Shown: positions 36,968-51,453 of the stretch, piece by piece
Numbering within the stretch: position 1 is the stretch's first letter
Layout: each line of letters starts with the position of its first letter
Assembly: GCF_006345805.1 (NCBI RefSeq)
Contig: NC_043008.1
Coordinates: forward strand, 35,526,001-35,590,000
DNA from: Octopus sinensis
Taxonomy: Eukaryota
Direction of reading: 5' to 3'
Length of the DNA stretch: 64,000 nucleotides
Position numbers and translations under genes: made by a program
The notes under the pieces: model-generated
Database searches by the model: none
What the model was told of the DNA's origin: nothing
The model's input: the letters and a program-made list of their open reading frames with translations, nothing else

Positions 36968-37774
36968 TGACCGGACATATACTTAACTGCATATAAATAC
37001 GTTATTGCTCGATGCTTTAACGTGTGTTACTTTTTCGGAACACACATACACACACATGTACACTCGCACATGCACTCACACGCACACACAAACATATACA
37101 CATGCACACACATATACACACGCACGCAAATGAACATACACATATCTCCCATGCACACACAGCACACACTCATACATACATGCACACAATTATACATACA
37201 TGTACACACACACAAGCACATACAAACACTCACACACACATACAAGCACACACACGCGCACACACTGAGTAACGTACAGTTACTCCACAGACACAACCCC
37301 ACGCGTACACACATACATACATACACACACACTGTAAACAAAGTACACACACTACATATACATACACGCACATACACATACTTCAAGCTACCAGTACCTT
37401 TCTACTGGCCATTCTTCTACGCACATGTGTAGGTAGACACAACAGACAGCCACTCCTACCAAAATTCTTACTACAAGTTCTTCCTATGACCTTAAACGAT
37501 ACTAAGTTCAACGACACACATACATAAACACCCACAACCTCACACACACACACACACACACACACGCGCACATACACGTGCTATCATTACACACACACAC
37601 AGACCTGCGCGCGCGCACATACCCACACATATACACACATACCGCCTCTTGCACTCTCCTGTCTTTGAAAGAACTTTTTCTTCACCCATTCCCTTCCGGT
37701 CATTTCAATATGTGACTGAGTGTGTATCGTTGGCGATTTTCTTTCTCCGTCTTCCCTTCTTTGGACTTTTTCTA

Positions 37775-37910
37775 TATTGTTGATGAAGAGCTCCCCTCGA
37801 AACGTGAAATCCTCTTTCTTTTCTTTCCTTTCCTGAACGTCCAATAACACTTTACTTATTCCACGTCCTCGCGTTGTTGTTTTTTCTTGCTTGTTCATGT
37901 TTGGAGTGAC

Positions 37911-37912
<2 letters not shown>
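37775..37912 (+). mobile_element. PLE 3' end: degenerate hammerhead plus tail, downstream of a CA-rich tract
   Basis: TTGATGA-A-GAG ctccc CTC-GAAA-CG-TG, then CCTGAACGTCC.ATAA...TTCCA...GTTGTTGTTTTT...GTTTGGA, homologous to 18748-18877. Confidence 0.7.
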
Positions 37913-37962
<50 letters not shown>

Positions 37963-39194
37963 CATATATATATATATCCTTATATATTAATCATTCGACG
38001 TCTATCCACCAATACGAATTCATCATGTATAACTTAACTTGACTTTACCACAAACAATGAACCCTGAAAAAGAAATTATGATTTCGATGGAGCTAAATAC
38101 GAGTTGTTTCTGCAGCACTTTAATACTTTTTTGAAACGGCCGTAGGTTTTTAACTGATTTTTCCTTTTCATATTTCGTATTTACAATTTTTAATCTCCCT
38201 TGATTACATGTATCTACACACGCATACACGTTTCTTATGATCTTATGTCATCATTTTATACTCGAGTAGAATGTCTTCATTTAAATTCTATTATTTGAAT
38301 TATTTCAATATATACATGTGTTTATTGATCCTAAAAGTACATGAATGGAACAACGTATCCCGTCCAATCACGTCTTATAAAGTATGATTTCGTTTATTTG
38401 GGTATAAATTACTGACAACCAAAGTTTTTATCTTCTACTAAAAATCATATATATCATTCAACTACGGTAGTAGTTGAATAATATTCTTAAGGTCGCAATT
38501 TACTCACACGCAGCATCTTTCGGAGCTTGTCGTTGATTCAGTTCTTAACCAAATTAAAAGCTGTTAATATGTTTGAAGCGGACTGTTAATATGTTTGAAG
38601 CTACATTTTGATATAAAATGGTCCAGTAGAAAAGAGTTTACATTAAAATTTGTAGCAACATTATAGGAGAGTAAGTAACACCTCCAATCAAGTTTATATC
38701 TAAATAATTTTTTTTATTTTAAAAGCAAACTGTATCTTAGCTTCAATTATAGAAGAAAACATAAGGGATTTCATAATTTTGGTCCTATGCAAGAAAAATT
38801 TGTATAAAAAAGTTGTGAGGTAAAATATCATGAAAAAAAAATAAGGCAAAAAGTTGAATTTAAGTATAATTAATTTTTTTTATTTTAAAACAAATTACAT
38901 TTTAATTAAGCTTAAATGATAGATCTCAATTCGAGGGATTTCATTGTATCAATCAATCTCAAGCAATGATGTTTTCAAAGAAAAAAGTTATGAGTGTTTG
39001 TTTCTCAAATTTGAGGGTGATAATAGTTTTATACATTTTTACGAATATAGTTCTATTAGGGGACTCTTAATATATGTCACCGGTAACATTGCGGTAAGGA
39101 AAAAATTATCAACGACACCGTTTATTGACACATTTGACACATTATTAATTAGTATAATAGCATAACCTGGAAAAATATGGATTACATAGAAAAC

Positions 39195-40048
39195 TGCGAG
39201 CAAGAGAAATAATATTCTTAAGATTATAAACATGGAAAAGTACAGGACAAGTTATTACACTTGGAAAAGTTCAGGACAAGTTATTATATCTGGTAAAGTA
39301 CAGAGTAAGAACATTTTTACTTAAAATATTGCAGCAAAGGATAAAATTTGAATATTAAAATTTATTTGATTACGTTATAATTAAAGTTTTAAATTATAAA
39401 TAAAATTTGAATATTAAAATTTATTTTATAACATTATAATTAAAAACGGTACCATCATTTTGTTAAAATATTGACACACTAGAATACTAAAAAAGTGGGA
39501 GCCAGAAATACCAGTATAGCTAAGGTTTTATGCAAAGTAGAATAGTATATATGGTAGGCAAGTTCATTATGTAAAAATAAACAATGGGTCAAGACTAAAA
39601 ATGTGAAGACTTGGCAATAACTTAGGCAATAACTCAAGCAAATTTTACTCTGAATTTTTTGCTACAGATAGATTTTACTGTAATATATAACTAATTTTTG
39701 TATTATTCTAATAATTGTACTAATTATGTACTACTATTATTTTTTATAACCTATTTCCAAATTTCTAATCATTAATTAATAATTAAAAAGAATGAATTTT
39801 TTAAAGTACAAAAAATATTTTGAGTTATTTCATTTTAATAGATTTGACAGTTAAAATAACTTGTAATAAAATTTTTAGTTTTAAGAAAAGCTAATATTTT
39901 CTAAATCTAAATATTTTATTTGAAATTTTATCCTTAGCTGCAATATTTTAAGTAAAAATTTTCTTGTTCCGTACTTTACCATATGTAATAACTTGTCCTG
40001 TACTTTTCCATGTTTATAATCTTAAGAATATTATTTTTCTTGCTCGCA
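39195..40048. mobile_element. AT-rich fold-back/MITE-like element with ~140-170-bp inverted arms
   Basis: 39195-39365 mirrors 39910-40048; arms contain ~29-bp subrepeats TGGAAAAGTACAGGACAAGTTATTA. Confidence 0.75.
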
Positions 40049-40074
40049 TTCTTCCATGTGTGTATGTGTGTGTT

Positions 40075-40110
<36 letters not shown>

Positions 40111-40325
40111 CGTGTGTATGTATGTATATATGTATATTTATATACATATATGTATATGTACATATATATATACATGTATGTATATATATAATATACATAT
40201 ATGTATATATATGTATATGTATATCTATGTATATATGTATATATACATATGTATGCATATGTATGTACAATATATATACTTAAATATACATATTTATAGA
40301 TAGATAGACAGACAGATATACAGAC

Positions 40326-40447
<122 letters not shown>

Positions 40448-41081
40448 TCGGTGGTATTACTAAGAAATAAACGAAAGCGAACGTAAGAGATTTTGTGTTT
40501 TTGTAAATAGCTATCATGACGCTACCATGATGTAATTGTTATTGTACATCGAGGTAGTAAATAAATTTTTCCCGTTCGAATGACAAGACAAACAGACAAC
40601 AGCTATTACTACTACTACAAATACACATACACAAACGCCACGCACCTTTTGCAGACGTACCAAAAGGCTATTACATTCCAGCCATGACGTAGACTCCGTT
40701 GTCATGTCTTGCAGCCTTTACAGCGTTCACAGAGCATTGAGCAGCAGTTATGATGTCAGCACTTTGATACCCGACGCGAATCATTATGATACAGGTAATT
40801 CTTTACCAATATTCAGATGGCTTCCAGTCCTCCATGTTATCTAACATTTTCTCAACCACAGCTTTAATCGTTATTCTCTCCAATGCCATTCTCTTCACCA
40901 ATATATAAAGCTGTTTGTGAAAAAAAAAGAAGACATGAAATATCGCCAGTTTGACCAAAAACCCTGTATGTATGTATACACACGGGCGCGTGTGTATACA
41001 CGCACGACGGGATTCCACACCAGCTTTACGCCAAGCTTAAAGAAATTATTTTTCTTAATGATATTAATATTATTGTTGTTA

Positions 41082-41710
41082 AGGCGGCGATCTTGCAGAA
41101 ACGTTAGCACGCCGGGCATAATGCGTAGCCGTATTTCGTCTGCCGTTACGTTCTGAGTTCAAATTCCGCCGAGGTCGACTTTGCCTTTCATCCTTTCGGG
41201 ATCGATTAAATAAGTACCAGTTACGCACTGGGGTCGATATAATCGACTTAATCCGTTTGGCTGTCCTTGTTTGTGCTCTCTGTGTTTAGCCCCTTGTGGG
41301 TAGTAAAGAAATAGATATTAATATTATTGTTGTTGTTGGGCGGAATCGTTAGTACGCTGGGTAAAATGTTTAACGGCATTTCGTTCGTCTTTATGTTCTG
41401 AGCTCAAATTCTGCCGAAGCCGACTTTGCCTTTCATCTTCTCGGGGATCGATAAAATAATTACTAATTGAGCACTGGGAGGGGTTAATGTAATCGGTTAG
41501 CCTTGTGCCAAAATTTGAAACCAATATTTGGTGAGCTGGCACGCCGAACAAAATGGTGACCGGCATTTCTTCCGTCTTTAAGTTGTTTTAAAATTCCGCC
41601 TTTCATCCTATCGGAGTCGATAAAATAACTCCCAATCAAACTCTGGTGTAGATATAACCTACTGGCCCTTCCCTCAAAATTTCAACTGTTGTGTCTATAG
41701 TAGAAAGGAT
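41082..41710 (+). mobile_element. SINE family A (41082-41313) followed by two older related copies
   Basis: Consensus matches. Confidence 0.88.
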
Positions 41711-42179
41711 TATTGATGTTGCTGCTATTTAAACCTGGTTCAACAGATTCACGATCAAAGACGTTCAAGCCGTTTTTGTATTAATCTAATGTGTCCTACG
41801 GCCTATTTCAAACAGTACAGTAAGATTTGGAGGTGATTTTGGCTAATATTTCTAGCAACAAATTCACAACAGGGAATCTTACTCCTTGACTTTCTGTTGT
41901 TGTCATTGCGGTTGTTACTGCGGTTATTGTTCTTGTACTCAACTACCAGCCCTGGTTCAGAACACCAATGATCAAACGCATTCAAGATTTTTTCTCTTTC
42001 GGGCAATGTCTACCAAGTACTATAGTACTGAATGTGCTCCTCGCCCTGTTTTTGACGATACAATATAATTAGAGATTTGGCTGCTATGTCTAACAAGCTG
42101 AGTGACCGCTTAAAGACTCCTTCCCTTCCTTTAATGGTATGACTGTCGTTCTTATGTTTAGCTTTCACAAATATTGATT

Positions 42180-42762
42180 TCATATTTTAGCATAAGGCCA
42201 GCAATTTCAGAGCAGTGGGTAAGTCGATTACATTGACTCCAGTATCAAACTGCTACTTACTTTATCGACCACGAAAGGGATGAAAAGCAAAGCCGACGTC
42301 CACGGATTTTGAACTCAGAACGTAAAGTTGGATGAAATGCCGTTAAGCATTTTGTCTGGCGCACTAAAGATCCACAAAGGGCTACACACAGAGGGAACAG
42401 ACAAACGGATTAAGTCGATTATATCGACCCCAGTGCGTAACTGGTACTTATTTAATCGACCCCGAAAGGAAGAAAGGCAAAGTCGACCTCGGCGGAATTT
42501 GAACACAGAACGTAACGGCACACGAAATACCTATTTCTTTACTACCCACAAGGGGCTAAACACAGAGAGGACAAACAAGGACAGACAAACGGATTAAGTC
42601 GATTACATCGACCCCAGTGGGTAACTGGTACTTAATTTATCGACCCCGAAAGGATGAAAGGCAAAGTCGACCTCGGTGGAATTTGAACTCAGAACGTAAT
42701 GGCAGACGAAATACCGCTAAGCATTTCGTCCGGCGTGCTAACGTTTCTGCCAGCTCGCCGCC
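42180..42762 (-). mobile_element. Stack of three SINE family A units
   Basis: Three successive central domains on the minus strand. Confidence 0.9.
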
Positions 42763-43376
42763 TTACTTTTCTCAAATATTGAATACGAAACTTTCCCTTT
42801 TACTTTCTTTAGTCGTCATTTCTACATCTCTTTTTTTTTTTTAATTAATTTTAAATATTTTCTTTTTACTAACATATATTTATCAGCCATAACAGTTTTA
42901 CAGTGGTAATTATTGTTGTTGCTCTTGTTGTTGTAGTTGTTATTGATGTCGTTATTCTTCTTTTCTTATCTTTTAAGTTACAGACAGGGAAGAGAAGAAA
43001 ATTAGTTTCTTAACGTCCGTGCATCAGTCTTCAAAACAAATCGATGATAAGACATCACATTTCGGACGCTTCCCGTAGTCTAAACGGTTTTACGTTTTTA
43101 ATGTGGCTGCTTTTTAAATTTGTTTTCCTATATGTGTACATATATGTATACGTATAGACATATACGTATATATATATGTAGATATATGCATATGTGTGTA
43201 TGTGTATACACCGATATACCCTTATATACAAGAATACATGCCTATACTTATGTAAGCGTGCGTGTATATATGTGTTTGTGTGCGTTCGCGTGAGTATGTT
43301 TACATATTTATACATACATGCATATAAACATACACATAAATAAAAGTATATATATTATATATAAATATGTATTTAC

Positions 43377-43417
<41 letters not shown>

Positions 43418-43964
43418 AAAATATACATACATACACACAAATATATATATGTATATATGTATATATATAGAGAGATAGATAGATAGGTAGATAGATAGAT
43501 AGATAAATAGATAGATAGATATGTAAATGTGTATACGTATATGTGTATATGTATATGTTCATGCTTTAGATACAAAATAAGCACACAAGCACACAAACAC
43601 ACACATATACATGCTTTCCTTGCACATATATGTATGTGTGTGTGTGTGCGCGCGCGTGAGTGCATACTTATGATTTAATGTCGGGGAGTGTAGTTTGTTA
43701 ATGTATGAGCCAAAATCTCAACTATAAAATATTTCTTTCAACAGCTAAAAGAAATAACTACGCCAGGAAGGACCCAGAGAGATGTTCAACAAATAAAAAA
43801 AAAATGAAGCGTTAGAAATAATCTTTCTCCAATATAACCACATTTGGAAAGAAAATACTGCATTTCCAAAAGCATAAGGTATATGTTTGTATAAGTCTTG
43901 TTAATACGAAGGCTTGTGTATGAATACATTTTCAGATTGTGAAAGAACGCGTTTTGCATATTGT

Positions 43965-44155
43965 GTATATCAGCCATTTGATTGCGGCCATGCTGGAGCA
44001 CCGCCTATAGTAGAGCAAATCGACCCCAGGACTTATTCTTCGTAAGCCTAGTACTTATTTTATCGGTCTCTTTTGCTAGACCGCTAAGTTACGGGGACGT
44101 AAACACACCACCATCGGTTGTCAAGCGATGTTGGTGGTGGGGGAGACAAACATAT

Positions 44156-44199
<44 letters not shown>

Positions 44200-44360
44200 C
44201 GGGCTTCTTTCAGTTTCCATCTACCAAATCCACTCACAAGGCTTTGGTCGGCCCAAGGCTATAGTAGAAGACACTTGCCCAAGGTGCCACGCAATGGGAA
44301 TGAACCCGGAACCATGTGGTTGGTAAGCAAGCTACTTACCACACAGCCGCTCCTGTGCCT
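43965..44360 (-). mobile_element. SINE family B, long form with internal microsatellite and 3' part
   Basis: 44197-44360 is the reverse complement of 34381; 43965-44140 carries GCGGTGCTCCAGCATGGCCGCA, also seen near 22180, 45035 and 50045. Confidence 0.85.
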
Positions 44361-45169
44361 ACATACCACACAAACACTTCTACGCATACATATTTCAAAG
44401 TGTGTGTGTATGTGTTTTTCATGTGTGGATACACAGTGTTATTCTCAGGCTTACTCTGACCCAGAGCAGCTACAAATCTCAGGATCCCGGTTGTGGGTTA
44501 ATTAGCATGTTAGGGATATTAGGGCTTGACTACTTATGCATGAGAAGACTGGATCCGGCAGGCTCTTAGGAAGAAACCTTCCTGGTTCAATTGAGGGGAA
44601 GGCACCCACAGGAACGTGTTGTGGAGTGCCAAGACATCTTGGTCATCCAGCGCATCCATCTCCATCTCCAGTCGTCTTGACCTGCTCTTGCTCCTGGATT
44701 GAAGACGTTCACGGACGAGAGATTAAGGTTGACGGTTGGCAACTCTTTTTTCTTTTGAAACAAAATCACCACGCGAGTCGTCAGTCATCCTTGAAAATGA
44801 CTTGATGGACCTTCGTGTATGTGTGTGTATGGGACGGGTATAACAGAATAACTGGGTCTGTGAGACATTGTAATCTTATTGTGTGTGACATTATCAATGA
44901 GTTTGCACAACCAGTATTATCTTCAGAACCTGGCTGGCGCTATGGCGATATGAGGGTAGTTAGTGTGTCATGAAAATATGACAGGGTGAGTATGTGAGAA
45001 ATGATTACTCTCGCAGTGCTCGACTAAAGGTGATGCTCCAGCATAGCCACAGCCAAATGACTGAAACAAGTAAAAGAGTAAAAGAGAATGTAAAAACTAT
45101 TGATTGAAGACAAGTCCTTGACAAAGATATCCTAAGTACCTGTTTTCTATAGTAAAATTAGCTCAAACA

Positions 45170-45900
45170 ACTTATAGATATAGCTGAACGTGCCAAAACG
45201 CAAGCTCTCTGGCTGAAAAACGACCTGAAACAGTTTCTCGATTCTCTCACTGAATTTACTATTTCGGTTACAGAACGGAGTTATTTGGCCAACGGAAATG
45301 GCAGCTGCTTGAGCAAACTTTTCTGTATAACATTATGCACTGTGAGCAAGACGATTGACTTGTACAATGTGTGAGATCCATCGGTATTTATGTTTGGTTA
45401 GGCGACAACATTAGTCTTCTTGATGATGTTCGCTTTGAAGCCAAAACGATGATCATTTGTACCGGTAGAGTTGTTCACTGACTACTAGAGTTCGAGGTGT
45501 GTGTAAGGGAAAAAAGTACTTAAGCTCTGAGATGTACTCGATGTTAGTAAGTCGATATCACGAAAACCAGGCTATGTTTTATGTGTATATGTATTGGGGG
45601 TGATATTCTAATACATACCTATTTACACGTCTTGTTTGTCCCATTTCCATACAAAGACTATTTGCATTTCTTGTCTGTATTCCGATTACGTCTTGCCGTT
45701 ATCTTTATAACTTCAAGCCATTAACCACTGAACATCTCCAAACATCTTCTGGTGAACGTTAACAGGTATTCTCGAAACTGCATATAATGCTTTAACGATG
45801 CTTGATGAAGGGTCAATCTTCCTTTTAAATTATATTTTCTAAAGAATGTACTGTTTTGTTTCGTAATGCCTGTCAGTTTTTTCCCGTCACTCTGTAAATT
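45170..45900 (-). mobile_element. Highly decayed RTE-like LINE 3' remnant
   Basis: Minus translation RLTKHKYRWISHIVQV resembles the LRW.GHV.RM motif. Confidence 0.4.
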
Positions 45901-46229
45901 CTTTTTCAAAGACTTTTCTCGTTTTCATTGCTCCAACGTAATTATCGTCTTGTTTATTTCGAGAGTTTTTGGTTGATTTTTTCGTTCCTTCTACAAACAA
46001 CCTTCTCATATATTTATTCATTATCGCACTTGGTTCTTTCCTGCATTGTGTGTATGTGTATGTGCTTGTGTGAGGGGGAGATGCGTGAAAGCGATGGAGT
46101 CTGTTCGCTGGAACAATGACTTCGACTTAAAAACCTCATTACCAAGTTAGGATGTAGTATAGTATAATATATCTATTAATTTAGTTTAACGGAACATATT
46201 CAATTATAAATCATATACGTACATCCACA

Positions 46230-46376
<147 letters not shown>

Positions 46377-46484
46377 CATACATATATACATACTTGTATG
46401 TATGTATGTATGTATGTATATATATATATATATATACATATATACATACTTGTATGTATGTATGTATGTATGTATGTATATATA

Positions 46485-46517
<33 letters not shown>

Positions 46518-47383
46518 CATGCATGTGTGTATATGTATATAAACGCATACATAAGCATACATGAATACATACGTACACATACATAGGTACACATACATAC
46601 AAGAGTGCCATTTGCAGTATTTAATCAGTTATTGGAAGATAAGCTGACGTCTCTCTCTCTTTTTTTTTGTCTTCAATTTTTAATTTTATGTTTTTAAATA
46701 CATTATATCCTACATAATGTCGTCTTTGCCCTACATATTTGCAATATCTAAAATAGCGGTTCGATATATCGGAATAGCGTTAAAACACATTCTCTCTCCC
46801 CATAAAACTAAATTTCACTTTCCTTTCTCTCCTTTATTTATTTATCTTTTTTGTGTGTCTATGTTAATTCATCTCATACAGTCGCCTATTTATTTTATAT
46901 ATTTGTGTGTGTGTGTATGTGTATGTATGTATATATGGGTGTATGTACTATAAAATTTATATGCCTATCTAAATTCAATTATTTATGTGAGAGTATATGT
47001 GTACTGTTATTTTAGTTGTTGTTATCATATCAATGTATGTGTACGTATATATAGATATAAGTATATAGTTTTATTTATGTGTGTGTGTGTGTGTGAGTGT
47101 GAGTGTACTAATGTAGATATTCACACACGCGCAAACACATATGCACAAACAAACACACATACATATACACATATATACGTACATATTTGTTAATAAATTT
47201 GCATAATTATAACAATATAGTTTGCCCTGAGTCGCCACTACAGTAGATACTGCCATAAAAAGCAAGAATTTAACTATGCAGTTACCTTCACACACACACA
47301 CGCGCGCGCGCGCGCGCGCACGCACACATGCACACACACACGCACATACACATGCACGCACACACGCGCGCACACGCGCACAT

Positions 47384-48360
47384 AAACACGCTCGTGATTG
47401 GTATGCCAAGTTCAAAAATGGAAATTTTGACCTCAAAGACGCATTTCGTTCTGACCGTCTAGTTGAGTTCGATGAAGAGCGATGAAACCAACTTTTGCAC
47501 GAAAATTCCCGTCAAACGACAAGGAACTGGCAGAGAAAATGGAATGTTCCCACACTGCTATAGAGAAGCATCTTCACTTGATGGGAAAGGTTCAAATGTA
47601 TGGAGCATGAATTCCGTATGCTTTAAGTGATGATAACAAAAATCAACGAGCCACAATCTCCGCTGGTTTGCTTGCTCGTCACCGCTCAACTCATGGACAC
47701 AAGCAACGATTTCTTTACTGAATCGTTACTGGTGTCGAAAAAGGGTGCCCGTACATCAGTATGAAGCAGCGTAAGTAATGGCTTAGCCCTGGTAAACAAG
47801 CTACACTGCGCGTGAAACAAGATCTTCATCCGCGTAAAACGATGTTGTGAGTATGGTAGGACTAGCAAGGGATTATCCATTACAAATTGCTTGAACGGAA
47901 CCAAACGGTCAACGCGGAACTCTATGTTCAATAGATGGAACGACCCAACGCGGCTATTCAAGAGAAAAGACCTAACCGGCAGCATGGAGTTCTTCTGCTG
48001 CACGACAATGCCCGCCCTCATATCGCCAAGGAAGCCATTCAAACGCATGGCTGGGAAATTCTGCCACACCCGCCGTACTCTCTTGATTTGGCACCAACGG
48101 ATTTCCACCTCTTTCGATCTCTTTCAAATGCTATACGCGGAGTTTCGGTCAATACTGATGCAGAATTGAGAACTTGGTTGGATCAATTTTTCGAGTCGAA
48201 ATCATGTAATTTCTACCAACGAGGTATTGAAAATCATGTTGAATGTTGGGAAGTTGTAAACAACAAGGATGAATACACTATTGATTAATTAGTTGTTATT
48301 TTTTATTAAACCTTTTAAAAAATTTTAACTTAAGAAAGCGGAACTTAGTTGCCAACCCAA
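47384..48360 (+). mobile_element. 5'-truncated mariner (DD34D), different family from 8537
   Basis: WYAKFKNGNFDLKD..RS.R; IVTG.EK; LHDNARPH; HPPYSLDLAPTDFHLFRSL; right TIR CGGAACTTAGTTGCCAACCCAA. Confidence 0.93.
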
Positions 48361-48374
48361 TGAATTCAAGTCCT

Positions 48375-49070
48375 CGATCTGTTGTGAACCGAGGTTTAAG
48401 TCCTGTTTGGCTAGTTTGAATTTGGATCAAGTACTGAGTCGGTTCATTGTGAAGCGGATGAGGTCTTAAGTATGTTAGATGTTAATTTAGATAGATTTTT
48501 GGATCATTTGTCATAAACCAAGTTCGAGTACTGAGTCGATCAATTATGATCCCATGTCAAGCCTATATCAATAAAGAAACATGTCAAGCCTATATCAATG
48601 TGAACCGAGATCAAGTTCTGAGTTGATTGAGTTTTGAACAAAGTCTAACGATTTTAGTATAATTGAATATGTTGTACTATTCAGTCACTACGTTACACCA
48701 TTCTACTATTTTATTATGAAACTTCCAAAGTTTCTACTATGCGGCTTTGTGGTATAGTCAAACGAAAGTATCAGAGCGACAGTTTATTTAAGTAAATTCT
48801 ATAGTAGTTGATTGTGAGCAATGGTCATGCCTGTCATTTGGTTATGAACCTTGTTTGATTGGCTGTGAGTCAAGATCAAGTATATGTTGGTTGGTTGTCA
48901 ACACGTATCAAATCCTAAATCAATTTGTTGTGAGCTAAAAGCCATGTGCTTTGCAAGTCAAAGCCAAATACTAGGGAATTGTGCATTGGAGTGAAATCCG
49001 GTCAGTTATGAGCTGGAGTCAAGTTGTGGGTAATTGCAAGCTGGGATTGAGTCTTGAGTAAATTGAAACA
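48375..49070. repeat. Decayed ~33-bp minisatellite-like region
   Basis: Recurrent GTTGTGAACCGAGATCAAGT.CTGAGTCG-like units. Confidence 0.5.
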
Positions 49071-49506
49071 GAATGCCGTTCTGTCGTCCCACCATTGTGT
49101 CATTCTCCTGTTGAGCTTCAATATTTTTCCATTATTCTGCTGAAATATCATTAAATGTTTTTAGAGATTTGGTGGGGTAGTGATGGACAGACCTAACAGG
49201 TTGGTACGATTATTGGAGAGAGGAGTTGTATTCATGACCTTCGCAGATCTTCCGTGAACTGAGATTGATGGACGTTAATATTCCTTTTGAATACCCAGTG
49301 AGTTCCAGCGAACCAAAGTTGGAAACAGCGCAGAATTAGTGTCATTCACATGTTCGCATGTGAATGACAGCTTAATGTGGAAGGTTAGAGAAGAAAATAG
49401 GGTGATGAGGAGACTGTAAGTTGTGTGTGCATGTATGTGTGTGTGCGTACGTGTGTGTGTGTTGTGTGTGTGTGTGTGTGTGTGTGTGTTGTGTGTGTGT
49501 GTAATC

Positions 49507-49950
49507 AATACTATATGCTTAACGCGTGTTGTTTAAACGCCAGGCGCTGCACAATATTTTGTCCGGAAAAAAATCTTTCCAAAGACATGCGTTATTAAAA
49601 AACACAATATACTTCACAGTTAGATGAAACTAAGCCACCCCATAGGTGATCACGAGAGCAGCAGATACCGTTTTCGCTGTAGTTGCGGTTTATCAATATC
49701 GCGTATTTGTGTCACATCTGAAACAAAATCCACTCCGCTAGTCTGAAGCATATTCAGTATATAAAACGTCTGCTGACTTGCAATGGCATCACATAAGCAG
49801 AATAAATTCAAATTATGCATAGAATCAACTAGCTCTGACGTATATTGTTTTGTTTTTTTTTATCACTATACGTCTACAAAAGAATTTTTCCCGGAGGAAA
49901 AACCGCAGCTTCTGGGGTTTAAACAACACTCTTGTGCTAAATATGTGGTA
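49507..49950. mobile_element. Old element with ~70-bp imperfect inverted ends
   Basis: GTGTTGTTTAAAC.CCAG..GCTGC...TCCGG.AAAAA.TCTTT mirrored at ~49878-49932. Confidence 0.6.
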
Positions 49951-50667
49951 TTTTCATTATAGAGATGCTTCTATTGTATAATTCGAATATGTATCTTCTT
50001 TTATCTTTTATCGTTTGTTTGTTTCAGTCATTAGACTGTAGTCATGCGGGGCACCGCCTCGAAGCAATTGTTTTCCTGGGTAACTTGTTCAGGGAAAAGG
50101 AAAACTGTGTAAGCCAAAATTAAAGGTTCAAGGATGAATTTAAAAGATAACTTGCAGAATGTAGGAACTGACTAAAAAATATACCTGAAAAGTCTTAGCA
50201 GCGGATCGCCCTACATGCCGAACGAAATGTGAAATTTTTTCCGTGTTGTACATTTTGTGACAAAATTTTCCTGTCTGAGGATGGATTTAAATCTAATGCA
50301 AGGGAACTTCCAACTGATAATAAATCATTCCTGTCAGTCACCTTTATCAACGCCACATACACTACAGGATCTGAAAATCTCCAAGTGGTCTGAAGAAACA
50401 TTTGAAGTTTCTTGAAGATCAGACACGACAGGCAGTCCAAGGTGCACCAAAACTAGTGTCCAGTTTATGTGGATCTCTTTTTAAAAGTATGTCTGGTCTA
50501 AAAGGCCACAGAGGGCCTCATACCAGAACTGAGCACCATTTACACTAAGATGGTCAAGCTCTACATTGAGCTAACAATCGTCGTATCCCTCTCTCTTTCT
50601 CTCCCTCTCTCTCTCTTTCTCTTTCCCCTCTCTCTCTCTCTCTCTCCCCCTCTCTATATATATATAT

Positions 50668-51408
50668 AAGAAAGGGTGTATTTCCACGCAGGAAGTTTTT
50701 AAATAAATTTATTTACATATATACCAAACTAGTTTCAACAATTTTTTGTTTATCAATGGTATAAACGTATGAGATTAAATTTCTTTTTCAAATTGCTAAG
50801 TAAAAAACATGTTTATATGGTTAAGTGTTCACAAAATTCAATAATTTCAAAAATGATCGGCGAAGAGTATAAAAAATTTGGATCAACATATTTAAATGAT
50901 TAAACGTTCGCAAATTTCAATATCAGAAATGATCAGTGAATATAAAAAATGTAGATCACCAAAAGTTTGATCATGCTGAGTTAAAAGAGAGAAAAAGAAG
51001 AAAAAGAGAAAGTAAAGTAAACGGGTTTTGTTACAGCTTCTGTTATCTTGGGTCCTTTCTTCCGCCGCATGCGGGGATTTTTGCTTGATCCTCATTTTTT
51101 ATATTCTTCGCCGATCATTTCTGACATTATTGAATTTTGTGACCGTTTAACCATTTAAATATGTTTCACATTTTTATATATCTTCGCCAATCATTTTCGA
51201 TGTTATTGAATTTTCTGAACATCTAATCATTTAAGCGTGTTGATCCACATTTTTTAATATTCTTCGCCGATCATTTTTTATATTGAATTTTGTGAACATT
51301 TAACCATTTAAACATGTTTACTACTGAGCAATTTAAAATTGTTTTTAAATCGCGTACGTTTATATCTGATAAACAATGGTATGTATGTAAATAAATTTAT
51401 TTAAAAAC
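50668..51408 (-). mobile_element. PLE-end-like insert with inverted arms, ~65-bp internal tandem repeats and a hammerhead
   Basis: 50694-50890 mirrors 51235-51408; TATTCTTCGCCGATCATTT unit occurs three times on + and once inverted; tail runs into (TA)n at 50655. Confidence 0.7.
50720..50763 (-). ncRNA. Minimal type-I hammerhead, U3-A8 variant, palindromic stem III
   Basis: Minus: TATACCA-TTGATAA-ACAA aaaa TTGT-T-GAAA-CTAG-T-T-TGGTATA (7-bp stem I). Confidence 0.75.
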
Positions 51409-51453
51409 AATTACATGCTTTTCAAATTCAGGTGCATTTTCAACAACAAATTC

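Noticed and set aside
50805-51320. Regularly spaced repeats resembling a CRISPR array
   Set aside because: Whole units are homologous (no unique spacers), no cas genes, eukaryotic context.
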